A DNA stretch of 64,000 nucleotides from the NCBI GenBank assembly GCA_944391515.1, contig CALXTW010000006.1:4978-68977 (forward strand). The letters run 5' to 3'. Below, piece by piece: positions 10,040-18,749 of the stretch (the stretch's first letter is position 1; each line of letters opens with the position of its first letter). The DNA is from an uncultured Alphaproteobacteria bacterium. GTDB lineage: Bacteria; Pseudomonadota; Alphaproteobacteria; RF32; CAG-239. The position numbers and the translations under genes are program-made. The notes beneath the pieces were generated by a model. The model did no database searches and had not been told where the DNA came from. It saw only the letters and a list, made by a program, of their open reading frames with translations.

Positions 10040-12019
10040 ATGATTTTTGGCGAAAATAAAGAGCTGAAAAATATGGCTAACGCGATTCGCTTTTTGAGCG
10101 CGGATGCAATTGAAAAATCAAAATCAGGTCACCCCGGCATGCCTTTGGGAATGGCCGATGTTGCCACGGTTTTGTTCTCCAAATTCATAAAAATTGACCC
10201 TGAAAATCCCCGCTGGTTTGATAGAGACCGTTTTGTCTTATCTGCAGGTCATGGCTCAATGTTGCTTTATTCTTTACTTTATCTGTTGGGCTACAAAGAT
10301 ATCACCATTGATGATATTGCCAACTTCCGCCAATTAGGTGCCAAAACGGCAGGTCACCCCGAATATGGTCATTTAGCAGGAATTGACATGACCACCGGTC
10401 CATTGGGACAAGGTATTTCCTCTGCTGTGGGTATGGCTTTGGCCGAAAGAATGATTAACGCCCGCTTTGGTGATGATTTGTGTAATCACTATACCTATGT
10501 TATTAACGGTGACGGATGCTTAATGGAAGGTATTTCAGAGGAAGCATTGTCTTTAGCCGGACATCTGAAATTAAATAAATTAATAGTCTTGTGGGATAAT
10601 AACAATATCACGATTGACGGCACGGTTGATAAAGCCAACTCCACCGACCAAATCAAACGTTTTCAGGCTCTTGGCTGGAATACGTTGGAAATTGATGGTC
10701 ATGATTATGCTGAAATTGAAAAAGCCATAGCAAAAGCCCAAAAGTCAGACAAGCCAACCTTAATTGCCTGCAAAACCAAAATCGGTTTTGGCGCGCCGAC
10801 CAAATGCGGCACCTCCAAATGCCATGGTTCTCCTCTTGGCGCGGAAGAAGTTGCCGCTATGCGTAAGGCGCTTGATTGGCCTTATGACCCGTTTGAAGTT
10901 CCTGAAGAAATTTTGTCTTCTTGGCGTGAAGCCGGGTTAAGAAATCATCAAACTTACCAAAAATGGGAAGAAAAAGCCCATGCTGCCGGCAAAACTTTTG
11001 ATGACTTTATTAATGACCGCTTACCATCTGGTTGGGATGACCACCTCAAAGCTCTGGAAGAAAAAGCCATTGCCGAGCAAACCAAAGTAGCCACCCGCAA
11101 AGCCTCTCAAATGTGTTTGGAACAAATCGTGCCATACGTTCCGCAAATTATCGGCGGTTCGGCAGATTTGGCAGCCTCAAACCTCACTTTTGTTGATGGC
11201 ATGAAAACCGTTACCAAAGATGACTATTCCGGAAATAATATTATGTATGGCATAAGAGAACATGCCATGGCTGCTATCATGAACGGCTTATCATTGCATG
11301 GTGGAGCAATTCCTTACGGCGGAACCTTCTTTGTCTTTTCGGACTATATGCGTCCGTCAATGCGCTTGGCCGCACTTATGGGAATACGTGCGATTTATGT
11401 TTTGACACATGATTCCATCGGCGTCGGTGAAGATGGCCCAACCCATCAGCCGATAGAACATCTGGCTTCTTATCGCGCTATGCCGAATATCTATACTTTC
11501 CGCCCATGCGACGTGGTTGAAACCGCCGAATGCTGGAGAATAGCTATTGAAAGCGAAAAAACGCCAAGCATCTTGGCTCTGTCTCGCCAAAATTTGCCAA
11601 TGCTCCGCACAGATGCTAAGTTAAATTTGAGTGCGCGCGGCGGATATATTATCTATGGTGAAAAAGACAATCGCCAAGCCACACTCATTGCCACCGGTTC
11701 AGAGGTATCTCTGGCGGTAGAAGCCGCTCAAGCTCTGGCACAAGAGGACATAAAGGTTGCCGTTGTCTCCATGCCTTGTACCGAGTTGTTTGATGCTCAA
11801 GACATCAGCTATCAAGAAGACATATTGGGTCAAGCCCCACGCATAGCTATCGAAGCCGGCTCAAAATTCGGTTGGGAACGCTATGTCGGTCTTAAAGGCG
11901 ATATTATCGGAATGGATGGCTTTGGCGCCTCCGCTCCGGCGAGTGAATTGTATAATTACTTTGGTATCACCAAAGAAGAAATTATCGATTCGGTAAAGAA
12001 TTTAATTAAAGAGGCCTAA
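10040..12019 (+). CDS. tkt: Transketolase
   Basis: SGHPG, DRFVLSAGH, GHPE, GDGCLMEG, YGIREH, THDSIGVGEDGPTHQP. Confidence 0.98.
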   Translation: MIFGENKELKNMANAIRFLSADAIEKSKSGHPGMPLGMADVATVLFSKFIKIDPENPRWFDRDRFVLSAGHGSMLLYSLLYLLGYKDITIDDIANFRQLGAKTAGHPEYGHLAGIDMTTGPLGQGISSAVGMALAERMINARFGDDLCNHYTYVINGDGCLMEGISEEALSLAGHLKLNKLIVLWDNNNITIDGTVDKANSTDQIKRFQALGWNTLEIDGHDYAEIEKAIAKAQKSDKPTLIACKTKIGFGAPTKCGTSKCHGSPLGAEEVAAMRKALDWPYDPFEVPEEILSSWREAGLRNHQTYQKWEEKAHAAGKTFDDFINDRLPSGWDDHLKALEEKAIAEQTKVATRKASQMCLEQIVPYVPQIIGGSADLAASNLTFVDGMKTVTKDDYSGNNIMYGIREHAMAAIMNGLSLHGGAIPYGGTFFVFSDYMRPSMRLAALMGIRAIYVLTHDSIGVGEDGPTHQPIEHLASYRAMPNIYTFRPCDVVETAECWRIAIESEKTPSILALSRQNLPMLRTDAKLNLSARGGYIIYGEKDNRQATLIATGSEVSLAVEAAQALAQEDIKVAVVSMPCTELFDAQDISYQEDILGQAPRIAIEAGSKFGWERYVGLKGDIIGMDGFGASAPASELYNYFGITKEEIIDSVKNLIKEA

Positions 12020-12031
12020 TATCATTATTCT

Positions 12032-12066
12032 AAAAAAAACACCGCTTTAGAGGCGGTGTTTTTTTT
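12032..12066. terminator. Bidirectional intrinsic terminator
   Basis: A8-caccgc-loop-gcggtg-T8 between convergent genes. Confidence 0.9.
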
Positions 12067-12081
12067 AGGTCTCACATTCAC

Positions 12082-13215
12082 TTAGAATGAAGTTTCACAA
12101 ACATACGACAATTTCGAGTCTGTTGAGCAGTTATATCTGTTATTACAACTATAATAGCATCCGTTTGTAAATTGTCCATTTAAACAAATAGCTGCACCTG
12201 AACTTGTATGTATCCCACAAGTCAAATTCCAATCGCCTTGTGTTCCAGCATTTTTCAACAATGTACAAGTATGTGCACCGGTTGCCAGTTTCCATGCGTG
12301 TCCCGGAGTTGATTTGTTAGCACAAGCCATTGTGGCTTCAAGGTTTGTACCGGTTCCTGAAGCCAAGGCGACGATACCGTGTTGTCCGGAGCCATCTACC
12401 TCCACCACAATACCAACAACGTTTCCGTCTTCCGAAACATAAGCATCACCCACTTGGTAAACTTTTCCGGCTTCTCCGGCACCACTGCCGCTAAATTCTC
12501 TCACACAAAAGGCATGATTAACTGCATAACAGCCGCTAGCGTTTTCTTTTCTGCAACATCCTTTAGAGAAATCATCCCAGCGATCACCCGCTGTCGTTGT
12601 ACATTGATTATCAGCAAACCTGTTTTCTCCGGTAACTTGACTAACATCTGCAGCAAAGCAAGCAGATGTAGAACTCGTTTTCCAGAGTAAATCGGCATTC
12701 TGTAAAATACACCCAATTGAAGTCTTAAATTGAGTCGTTCCCGAGATTTTCCCTAAAGTAGCATTAATGATATTCAGATTAGGTTTAATCAATGAGGCTT
12801 CTTCCAAAGTTGGCAGTCTCCATCCGCTGATACCATCAACCGAGTGGCTTCCGCAAGGATCTGTTGTTGAGGTAAATTGTTGAATCGACATCATCTTACC
12901 GCTAACGTCAAACACAATTCCCACCGGAATACGCCCCGGCAACACTTCTGCCGAAATAGCGTCTGTATAGACAATATCACCGACTTCGGCTTTTTTATTA
13001 CCATTTTGGTCGGTATAAGCGGTGCAGAAATATTTCGAGTCATCAAACGGGCAACGTAGTTTTGCCAAACCGCCGCAATCTGAGGCAGTCTTGTCATAGC
13101 CCAAACCTTCGCAAGTCGGTGGCACAACGCAAGTTTGTGCCCGAACTTCCGCCACGGAGAAAGCCGTTGTCAATAACAGCATCGCTCCTATTGTCAGTTT
13201 ACAGTTCTTGTTCAT
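12082..13215 (-). CDS. Secreted protein: Cys module + two DUF1566/C-type-lectin-like domains
   Basis: Signal peptide (..VRA); CEGLGYDKTASDC..RCPFDDSKYFC; VGDIVY..PVGIV..GWRLPTLEE..FCVREF; second unit YQVGDAY..DG.VVGIVVEVDGSGQHG..WKL..YVCETSF. Confidence 0.75.
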   Translation of the reverse strand: MNKNCKLTIGAMLLLTTAFSVAEVRAQTCVVPPTCEGLGYDKTASDCGGLAKLRCPFDDSKYFCTAYTDQNGNKKAEVGDIVYTDAISAEVLPGRIPVGIVFDVSGKMMSIQQFTSTTDPCGSHSVDGISGWRLPTLEEASLIKPNLNIINATLGKISGTTQFKTSIGCILQNADLLWKTSSTSACFAADVSQVTGENRFADNQCTTTAGDRWDDFSKGCCRKENASGCYAVNHAFCVREFSGSGAGEAGKVYQVGDAYVSEDGNVVGIVVEVDGSGQHGIVALASGTGTNLEATMACANKSTPGHAWKLATGAHTCTLLKNAGTQGDWNLTCGIHTSSGAAICLNGQFTNGCYYSCNNRYNCSTDSKLSYVCETSF

Positions 13216-13240
13216 GGTCTTTCTCCTTTATTTGATTTAC

Positions 13241-14164
13241 TTAATTCATTGCCGGCATCCAGCACCTTAAGGCGCCGTCACACCAATAATTATCCAAGTC
13301 AACCTTGCCGATGGCACAGCCGGTTGCACAATATTTCTGTGAACATTCTTCTAAATTGCACACCAAACCGGCCGGACAACTGTCCAGCGTGCATTTGTAT
13401 TCGCAAACTTTACAATTATTGTAATATTTAATGCCGTCTTTGAGGCAGTAGTCGGTTGGTGTAACCGGCCCCATATCGGAACAAGTCATGTTATATCCGG
13501 CTTTACATTCGCATGAGGTATATTTGGTTACGCCGTCTTGGGTGCAACCTTCGCCCACACCTTGGAGATTTTCTCCGTCACAAGTCTTGTCAAAATATGC
13601 TGGGCAAACACATTTACTGTAATAAGGAACACCATCTTCAACACAAGTATCACCCTCGGGCTCCATCGGAGCAACACATTTGGTCTCAGGGTATAAACTT
13701 CTGTCACAATAACACATATATTTACCACCACAGCTGTCGCCACTGACGGTGTTAGGGTAAGTACAATCTTTTTTATTGTATTTGTATCGAGCGTCACAAC
13801 ATTCTTTGAAATAAGCCGAATTATAAGGGCAAATCCCGCTGGGATTGCCACTCGGACAAGAGGTTAAGGTAAACCCAAAATTTTTACATTGTTCAGGAGA
13901 AATATCCGGAAATTCAGGGAAAGATAATTCTCCCCCTCCGGTAATAAAAGATACGCTCGCCGCCTGAAAAGAATTGCGCATAGGCAAGCCTATTCCTAGG
14001 CTTGCCCTTGACAAAGGTTCAAACTGATTTAGACTGGTTCTTACGAAGTGCGTGTATTGCTGAGAAACACCTTGCTCAGTCATAGAAACAAAAACATTTT
14101 CACTCGTGCCTCCCATAGCGGTTAGCACAAGCAACGATAATCCTATCGCAAGCTGCTTTCTCAT
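13241..14164 (-). CDS. Secreted Cys-rich repeat protein
   Basis: Start at ATG 14164 (GAGG RBS); hydrophobic N-terminus; 29 Cys in the last ~215 aa; three C..DG(V/I).(Y/K)Y..C repeats. Confidence 0.85.
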   Translation of the reverse strand: MRKQLAIGLSLLVLTAMGGTSENVFVSMTEQGVSQQYTHFVRTSLNQFEPLSRASLGIGLPMRNSFQAASVSFITGGGELSFPEFPDISPEQCKNFGFTLTSCPSGNPSGICPYNSAYFKECCDARYKYNKKDCTYPNTVSGDSCGGKYMCYCDRSLYPETKCVAPMEPEGDTCVEDGVPYYSKCVCPAYFDKTCDGENLQGVGEGCTQDGVTKYTSCECKAGYNMTCSDMGPVTPTDYCLKDGIKYYNNCKVCEYKCTLDSCPAGLVCNLEECSQKYCATGCAIGKVDLDNYWCDGALRCWMPAMN

Positions 14165-14200
14165 AATACACCTCATTATAACTGAACTTTGTCACTTTAT

Positions 14201-14229
14201 AATTTAGCATACGTGAGAGTATTTGTCAA
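14201..14229 (-). promoter_or_regulatory. Sigma70 promoter for the Cys-rich gene pair
   Basis: Minus strand TTGACA-N17-TAAATT with extended TG. Confidence 0.7.
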
Positions 14230-14309
14230 ACACATTTGCAGCTATTTTTTTATTTTGGCTACCAGATGATACTTGACAAATTTAAAGAAAAGTTGCAGTA
14301 TAAGACAAA

Positions 14310-14463
14310 ATTTAAAAGCAGAGAATCGCAGAATTGTAATTAAAACATTTCGAAACCAAAGCAAATCATAGTTAACTCCAAATAATAGAAGGTTTGCAGT
14401 GTTTCGGTAACTCGGCTTCTGCGGAAGTCGGAAAAAGGTCTGATATCAAATCAGACCTTTTTT
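14310..14463 (+). ncRNA. Candidate structured small RNA
   Basis: TTGACA at 14273; stems cgaaac/gtttcg + gcaaatc/ggtttgc; hairpin cggcttc-tgcg-gaagtcg; terminal hairpin with T6; no ORF. Confidence 0.4.
14432..14463. terminator. Bidirectional terminator
   Basis: aaaaaggtctga-tatcaaa-tcagacctttttt. Confidence 0.85.
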
Positions 14464-14473
14464 ATTGCCGAAC

Positions 14474-14926
14474 TTAAAGTTTTATTATAGGGAATTCTTC
14501 TGGAGTATCCAAAGGGTCATCAATGGTTGATTTTTTTGGTATGATAGAAAGAGGACTTTCAGAATAAACGGGAACGAGCCTTGCTTTGTGTCCGTCCTTA
14601 AATTTAAAAGTTGTTTGTAAATTTCTATCCCATCGACCGGATTTTCCAAAAATTACGATTTTCCTGTGCGCAAAATTTGCAACTTCGTTGTATTTTGGCA
14701 CAATGTAACCGACTAAGAGCTCACAGGTGTTGTCATTAGCGATAAAAGACGCAAAGACGCGTTCATTTTTATCCAAATAAACAGGAATGACTTTTCCCTG
14801 CAAACAATCAATATTCACCTTTGTTATAACACTATTAGCATAAGTGCTATTTTCAACTTGTGCCGAAGTACTATTGTGACAAGCCAACAGACAAGCACCA
14901 AACAAAATAATAATTAAATTTTTCAT
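14474..14926 (-). CDS. Hypothetical lipoprotein
   Basis: MKNLIIILFGACLLAC lipobox. Confidence 0.75.
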   Translation of the reverse strand: MKNLIIILFGACLLACHNSTSAQVENSTYANSVITKVNIDCLQGKVIPVYLDKNERVFASFIANDNTCELLVGYIVPKYNEVANFAHRKIVIFGKSGRWDRNLQTTFKFKDGHKARLVPVYSESPLSIIPKKSTIDDPLDTPEEFPIIKL

Positions 14927-14991
14927 CTCAAATTGATTTAGAGTTAAACATAAAAAATTGATTTATATTTTCCAATATTGAAATTAAATCG

Positions 14992-15030
14992 AAAAAGACC
15001 GTCGGCTGAAATTCAGCCGAGGCAGGTCTT
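14992..15030 (-). terminator. Long bulged hairpin/terminator
   Basis: aagacc..tcggctgaa-a-ttcagccga..ggtctt; T5 follows on the minus strand. Confidence 0.7.
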
Positions 15031-15044
15031 CTGGCTTAAAGTAA

Positions 15045-15419
15045 TTAACGCGCTATATCAAAGCGCAATCTTGTGGTCTCAGTCAAAACTTCGTCGGGAT
15101 GTTGATACATCAACTGTACCCGAAAAGTCATTTTCAGACTGTCTGCGGCAGCATCAATTTGACGTTTAATCAAGTCCATATCTTCAGCGACAATGCCATA
15201 CGCACACAAAGTGTTGGTATTAGAGATTGGCACTTTTCTGACTTCCAAGGCAATTGAATCTTGAGAATAAGTTTTCTCAAAATAAATAACCAAGCTATCA
15301 GATTTAAACTGCAGCAGTTTGACACACACATTGTTTGGTTTTTCAGAATTTTTCTGAACGGATGAGCAGCCACACAAAAGGCTGGTCAAAACCAAAACTT
15401 TTAACATTACTTTTTTCAT
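15045..15419 (-). CDS. Hypothetical lipoprotein
   Basis: MKKVMLKVLVLTSLLCGC lipobox. Confidence 0.75.
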   Translation of the reverse strand: MKKVMLKVLVLTSLLCGCSSVQKNSEKPNNVCVKLLQFKSDSLVIYFEKTYSQDSIALEVRKVPISNTNTLCAYGIVAEDMDLIKRQIDAAADSLKMTFRVQLMYQHPDEVLTETTRLRFDIAR

Positions 15420-15496
15420 CTCAAATTACATTTAATTAAACATAAAAATAGCCTTTAGGGGAGACTGTATAACTCTAAATAAAATAAATTGCAAAT

Positions 15497-15525
15497 AAAA
15501 AAACTCTTCCCTAAAGAAGAGTTTT
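15497..15525 (-). terminator. Terminator downstream of phoB
   Basis: A7-ctcttc-loop-gaagag-T4. Confidence 0.7.
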
Positions 15526-15547
15526 CTAAATTAATCAAAAAAGCAGA

Positions 15548-16249
15548 TTATTCGCTTTCACTGATAGGGGTAATGTCAATTGAATATCCTGTTGCACGAA
15601 CGGTTCTGATATAATCGGGACCAAAATCGTTCAGTGATTTTCTAAGGCGTCTGATGTGAACATCCACCGTGCGAGATTCCACATAAATATTGTCGCCCCA
15701 AACGGTTTTGAGCAACACTTCGCGAGAGAAAACTTTTCCAGGTGTTTCCATCAACATTTTGAGTAAACGAAATTCGGTAGGACCGAGATGAATATAGTTT
15801 TCTCCTCTGAAAACTTTTTTCTCCACCAAGTCCATACGAATATCTTCAAATACTAATTCTTTTGTGGTGCTGATTTCGGGGGCGCGCCGCAAGTTAGCTT
15901 TAACTCTGGCCATGAGTTCGGGAATAGAGAAAGGTTTAGTCACATAGTCATCGGCACCGGCGCTCAAACCTTTAATTTTATCTTCTTCTTCGCCTTTGGC
16001 GGTCAGCATAATGATTGGAATATTTTTAATATCTGGTTTGCTGCGAATGAGTTTGCAAATTTCTACACCCGAAATTTCTGGTAACATCCAGTCCAGTAAA
16101 ATAACCGAAGGAGCATATTTTTCCACGTCAGCCAGAGCTTTATTTCCTCTGGTTTCAATTACAACTTCGTATCCTTCTTTTTCAAGATTGTATTTTAAGA
16201 GTAAACCTAATGCTTCTTCATCTTCAACAACCATAACAACCGGCGCCAT
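15548..16249 (-). CDS. phoB: Phosphate regulon response regulator PhoB
   Basis: VEDE, LLDWMLP, GADDYVTKPFS, HLGPTEFRLL, SRTVDVHIRRLRK. Confidence 0.88.
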   Translation of the reverse strand: MAPVVMVVEDEEALGLLLKYNLEKEGYEVVIETRGNKALADVEKYAPSVILLDWMLPEISGVEICKLIRSKPDIKNIPIIMLTAKGEEEDKIKGLSAGADDYVTKPFSIPELMARVKANLRRAPEISTTKELVFEDIRMDLVEKKVFRGENYIHLGPTEFRLLKMLMETPGKVFSREVLLKTVWGDNIYVESRTVDVHIRRLRKSLNDFGPDYIRTVRATGYSIDITPISESE

Positions 16250-16303
16250 AGCCCATCTCCTTACTATAAATTTGAGAAAATTATAAGGCTTTTAGGGTTA
16301 AAA

Positions 16304-16939
16304 TTACCTTAAAGCGTCAATGTTTTTGCGGTAATCTTTGCTGGCAAACACGGAAGTTCCCGCCACCAAAATATCCGCCCCCGCAGCCACACATTCAGCC
16401 GCGGTCAAAGGATTAATCCCTCCGTCAACTTCTATTTGGATATTTCTGTTTCCGATTAAAGATTTTATGCGAGCTATTTTTTGCAATTGTTCAGGAATAA
16501 AAACTTGTCCGCCAAAACCGGGATTAACACTCATCACCAAAACTTGGTCAACTTTATCCAAAACATAGGTTAAAACATTCTCGCTAGTCGCCGGATTAAG
16601 CGAAACACCTGCTTTACAGCCTCGTTCTTTAATTGAGTTAAGTGTTGCATCCAAGTGTTTACAAGCCTCTGCATGAATGGTTAAAATATCTGCGCCGGCC
16701 TGAACAAACCAATTCACCATAGTTTCAGGTTTTTCTACCATCAAGTGAACATCTAACGGCAAATTTGTTAAGTCACGAATAACTCTGACAATAGCTGGTC
16801 CAAAAGTCAAATTCGGCACATAATGTCCATCCATCACGTCAATATGAATCATATCCGCCCCAGCTTTTTCTAAGGCAATGATTTCATTTTTGAGGTTTGC
16901 AAAATCAGCGGAAAGAATGCTCGGCGCAATTTTAACCAT
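16304..16939 (-). CDS. rpe: Ribulose-phosphate 3-epimerase
   Basis: IAPSILSADF, HIDVMDGHYVPNLTFG, DVHLM, MSVNPGFGGQ, EVDGG. Confidence 0.98.
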   Translation of the reverse strand: MVKIAPSILSADFANLKNEIIALEKAGADMIHIDVMDGHYVPNLTFGPAIVRVIRDLTNLPLDVHLMVEKPETMVNWFVQAGADILTIHAEACKHLDATLNSIKERGCKAGVSLNPATSENVLTYVLDKVDQVLVMSVNPGFGGQVFIPEQLQKIARIKSLIGNRNIQIEVDGGINPLTAAECVAAGADILVAGTSVFASKDYRKNIDALR

Positions 16940-17122
16940 AATTTTTCTCCTGAATGTTTTTTATTAGGATACCTCAGAGCAAACTAAAAATCCACATATT
17001 TTATTTGATTTCAAGCAAAAGACTTAAATAAAATCTTGACAAAATTTTGTAAAAGAAGTTTACTCACAAACCTATTGTGATTTTTATTAAATTATTGTTG
17101 AACCCAAAAAAACAAGTAAGTT

Positions 17123-17500
17123 ATGGACAAATTAAAGCTTAAGTCGGCGCAGGAAGCTCTAAAAGTGGCAAAAGAGTATTTGAGTGGCATGCATCTTAAT
17201 GCAGAGCTGGTAAGCAAAAAGAACAAAGAGATACATTATCTTGCTAATGTTTATCGAACTCCGGATTACCGCAATAAAGTCGGTGGTGTTTGCTTTGTAT
17301 TTGAATACAAAAACATCATTGGAGCCGAGCCGGAAATGTTTTACATTTACGTAAAATGCAGTGGCAAAACGGAAAAATTCCGTGTCCGCAGCATCAAAAA
17401 AGCAGAGAGTTCGCTGGAAGAGGTACTTCCCGGTGACAATTTCTCCTCTTTAGGACATCGCTATCACTACGATGGTAATACTATCTCGTTGATAGAATAA
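17123..17500 (+). CDS. Hypothetical protein
   Basis: 125-aa ORF with upstream TTGACA and its own terminator. Confidence 0.7.
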   Translation: MDKLKLKSAQEALKVAKEYLSGMHLNAELVSKKNKEIHYLANVYRTPDYRNKVGGVCFVFEYKNIIGAEPEMFYIYVKCSGKTEKFRVRSIKKAESSLEEVLPGDNFSSLGHRYHYDGNTISLIE

Positions 17501-17520
17501 ATCCATAAGCTAAGTTTTCA

Positions 17521-17547
17521 AAAGCCTCCGCCGTGGAGGCTTTTTTT
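17521..17547 (+). terminator. Intrinsic terminator
   Basis: aaagcctcc-gccgt-ggaggc-T7. Confidence 0.85.
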
Positions 17548-17641
17548 ATGCAAGATATTGCAAAAATGCTAAAAAAACTTGCAAAACTTGGTTAAAAGTA
17601 TATATTCTCCTCCAGATATAACTACAAATAAGGAGAAACTA

Positions 17642-18691
17642 ATGCCTTTAGTTACTATGCGTCAAATTCTTGACCATGCTGCCGAAAACAACTACGGTGT
17701 TCCGGCTTTTAACATTAATGATATGGAGCAAATTATCGCTGTTTTGCAAGCTGCAAAAAAAGTAAACGCTCCGGTTATTTTGCAAACTTCAACCGGTGCT
17801 CGTAAATTTGCCGGCGATCCGATGATTCGTCACATGGTTGCTGCCGGAATCGAAATGTTCCCCGAACTTCCGATTTGTTTGCACCAAGACCATGGTTCAT
17901 CTGTAAACATTTGCCAATCAGCCATTGTTAACGGCTATTCTTCAGTTATGATGGACGGCTCTCTTGAAGCTGACGGCAAAACACCTTCTTCTTTCGAATA
18001 TAACGTAAATGTTACGAAAGAAGTTGTTGCCAGAGCACATGCTGTCGGCGCTTCTGTTGAAGGTGAATTAGGCGTTATCGGCTCATTGGAAACAGGTAAA
18101 GGCGATAAAGAAGATGGTCACGGAGCTGAAGGCGTTATTGATAAAAAACGCCTCGTTACCGATCCTGATGAAGCCGCTCGCTTTGTTGAAGAAACCAAGT
18201 TGGATGCTTTGGCAGTTGCCGTTGGTACATCTCATGGTGCTTATAAATTTACTCGTAAACCCGATGGTGAAATTTTGGCAATCGACGTTATTGAAAAGAT
18301 TCACAAAAAATTGCCGAACACTCACATGGTTATGCATGGTTCTTCTTCCGTTCCGCAAGAATTGCAAGATTTAATCAATGCTTATGGCGGTGCAATTCCT
18401 CAAACTTACGGTGTTCCGGTAGAAGAAATCGTTCGTGGTATTAAATCCGGTGTTCGTAAAGTAAACGTTGATACCGACTGCCGTATGGCTATCACCGGTG
18501 CGATTCGCAAACTCTTTGCCGAAAATCCGAAAGAGTTTGATCCTCGTAAATATCTCAAACCGGCTATTGAAGAAATGCAAAAAGTATGTGAAGCTCGCTA
18601 TATTGCATTTGGTGCAGCAGGTCATGCTGATAAGATTAAAGCCATCCCGATGTCTGTAATGGCAAAACGTTACGCTGACGGAGAAATTTAA
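17642..18691 (+). CDS. fba: Class II fructose-bisphosphate aldolase
   Basis: YGVPAFN, LHQDHG, SVMMDGS, VEGELG, GTSHGAYKF, VMHGSS, KVNVDTD; start at ATG 17642 (AAGGAG RBS). Confidence 0.97.
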   Translation: MPLVTMRQILDHAAENNYGVPAFNINDMEQIIAVLQAAKKVNAPVILQTSTGARKFAGDPMIRHMVAAGIEMFPELPICLHQDHGSSVNICQSAIVNGYSSVMMDGSLEADGKTPSSFEYNVNVTKEVVARAHAVGASVEGELGVIGSLETGKGDKEDGHGAEGVIDKKRLVTDPDEAARFVEETKLDALAVAVGTSHGAYKFTRKPDGEILAIDVIEKIHKKLPNTHMVMHGSSSVPQELQDLINAYGGAIPQTYGVPVEEIVRGIKSGVRKVNVDTDCRMAITGAIRKLFAENPKEFDPRKYLKPAIEEMQKVCEARYIAFGAAGHADKIKAIPMSVMAKRYADGEI

Positions 18692-18709
18692 TCTCTCAAT
18701 GATAAAGTC

Positions 18710-18744
18710 AAAAAAAATGGTCTGAATTTCAGACCATTTTTTTT
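18710..18744. terminator. Bidirectional terminator
   Basis: A8-tggtctgaa-t-ttcagacca-T8. Confidence 0.9.
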
Positions 18745-18749
18745 GATAA

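Noticed and set aside
619-13215. A complete diversity-generating retroelement in this window
   Set aside because: No reverse transcriptase or template repeat seen; only target-like folds.
14355-14375. aaagcaaatcat resembles a Bacteroidetes type II-C anti-repeat (tracrRNA)
   Set aside because: Short match only; no nexus sequence, cas gene or array in the window.
14927-15045. Possible integron attC between the lipoprotein genes
   Set aside because: No RYYYAAC/GTTRRRY cores; better explained as a terminator.
14432-18744. GGTCTGA/TCAGACC and CTGAA/TTCAG hairpins resembling Neisseria DNA-uptake-sequence terminators
   Set aside because: By-eye count of GTCTGAA on both strands was about 9, close to the ~8 expected by chance; no genome-wide enrichment evident.
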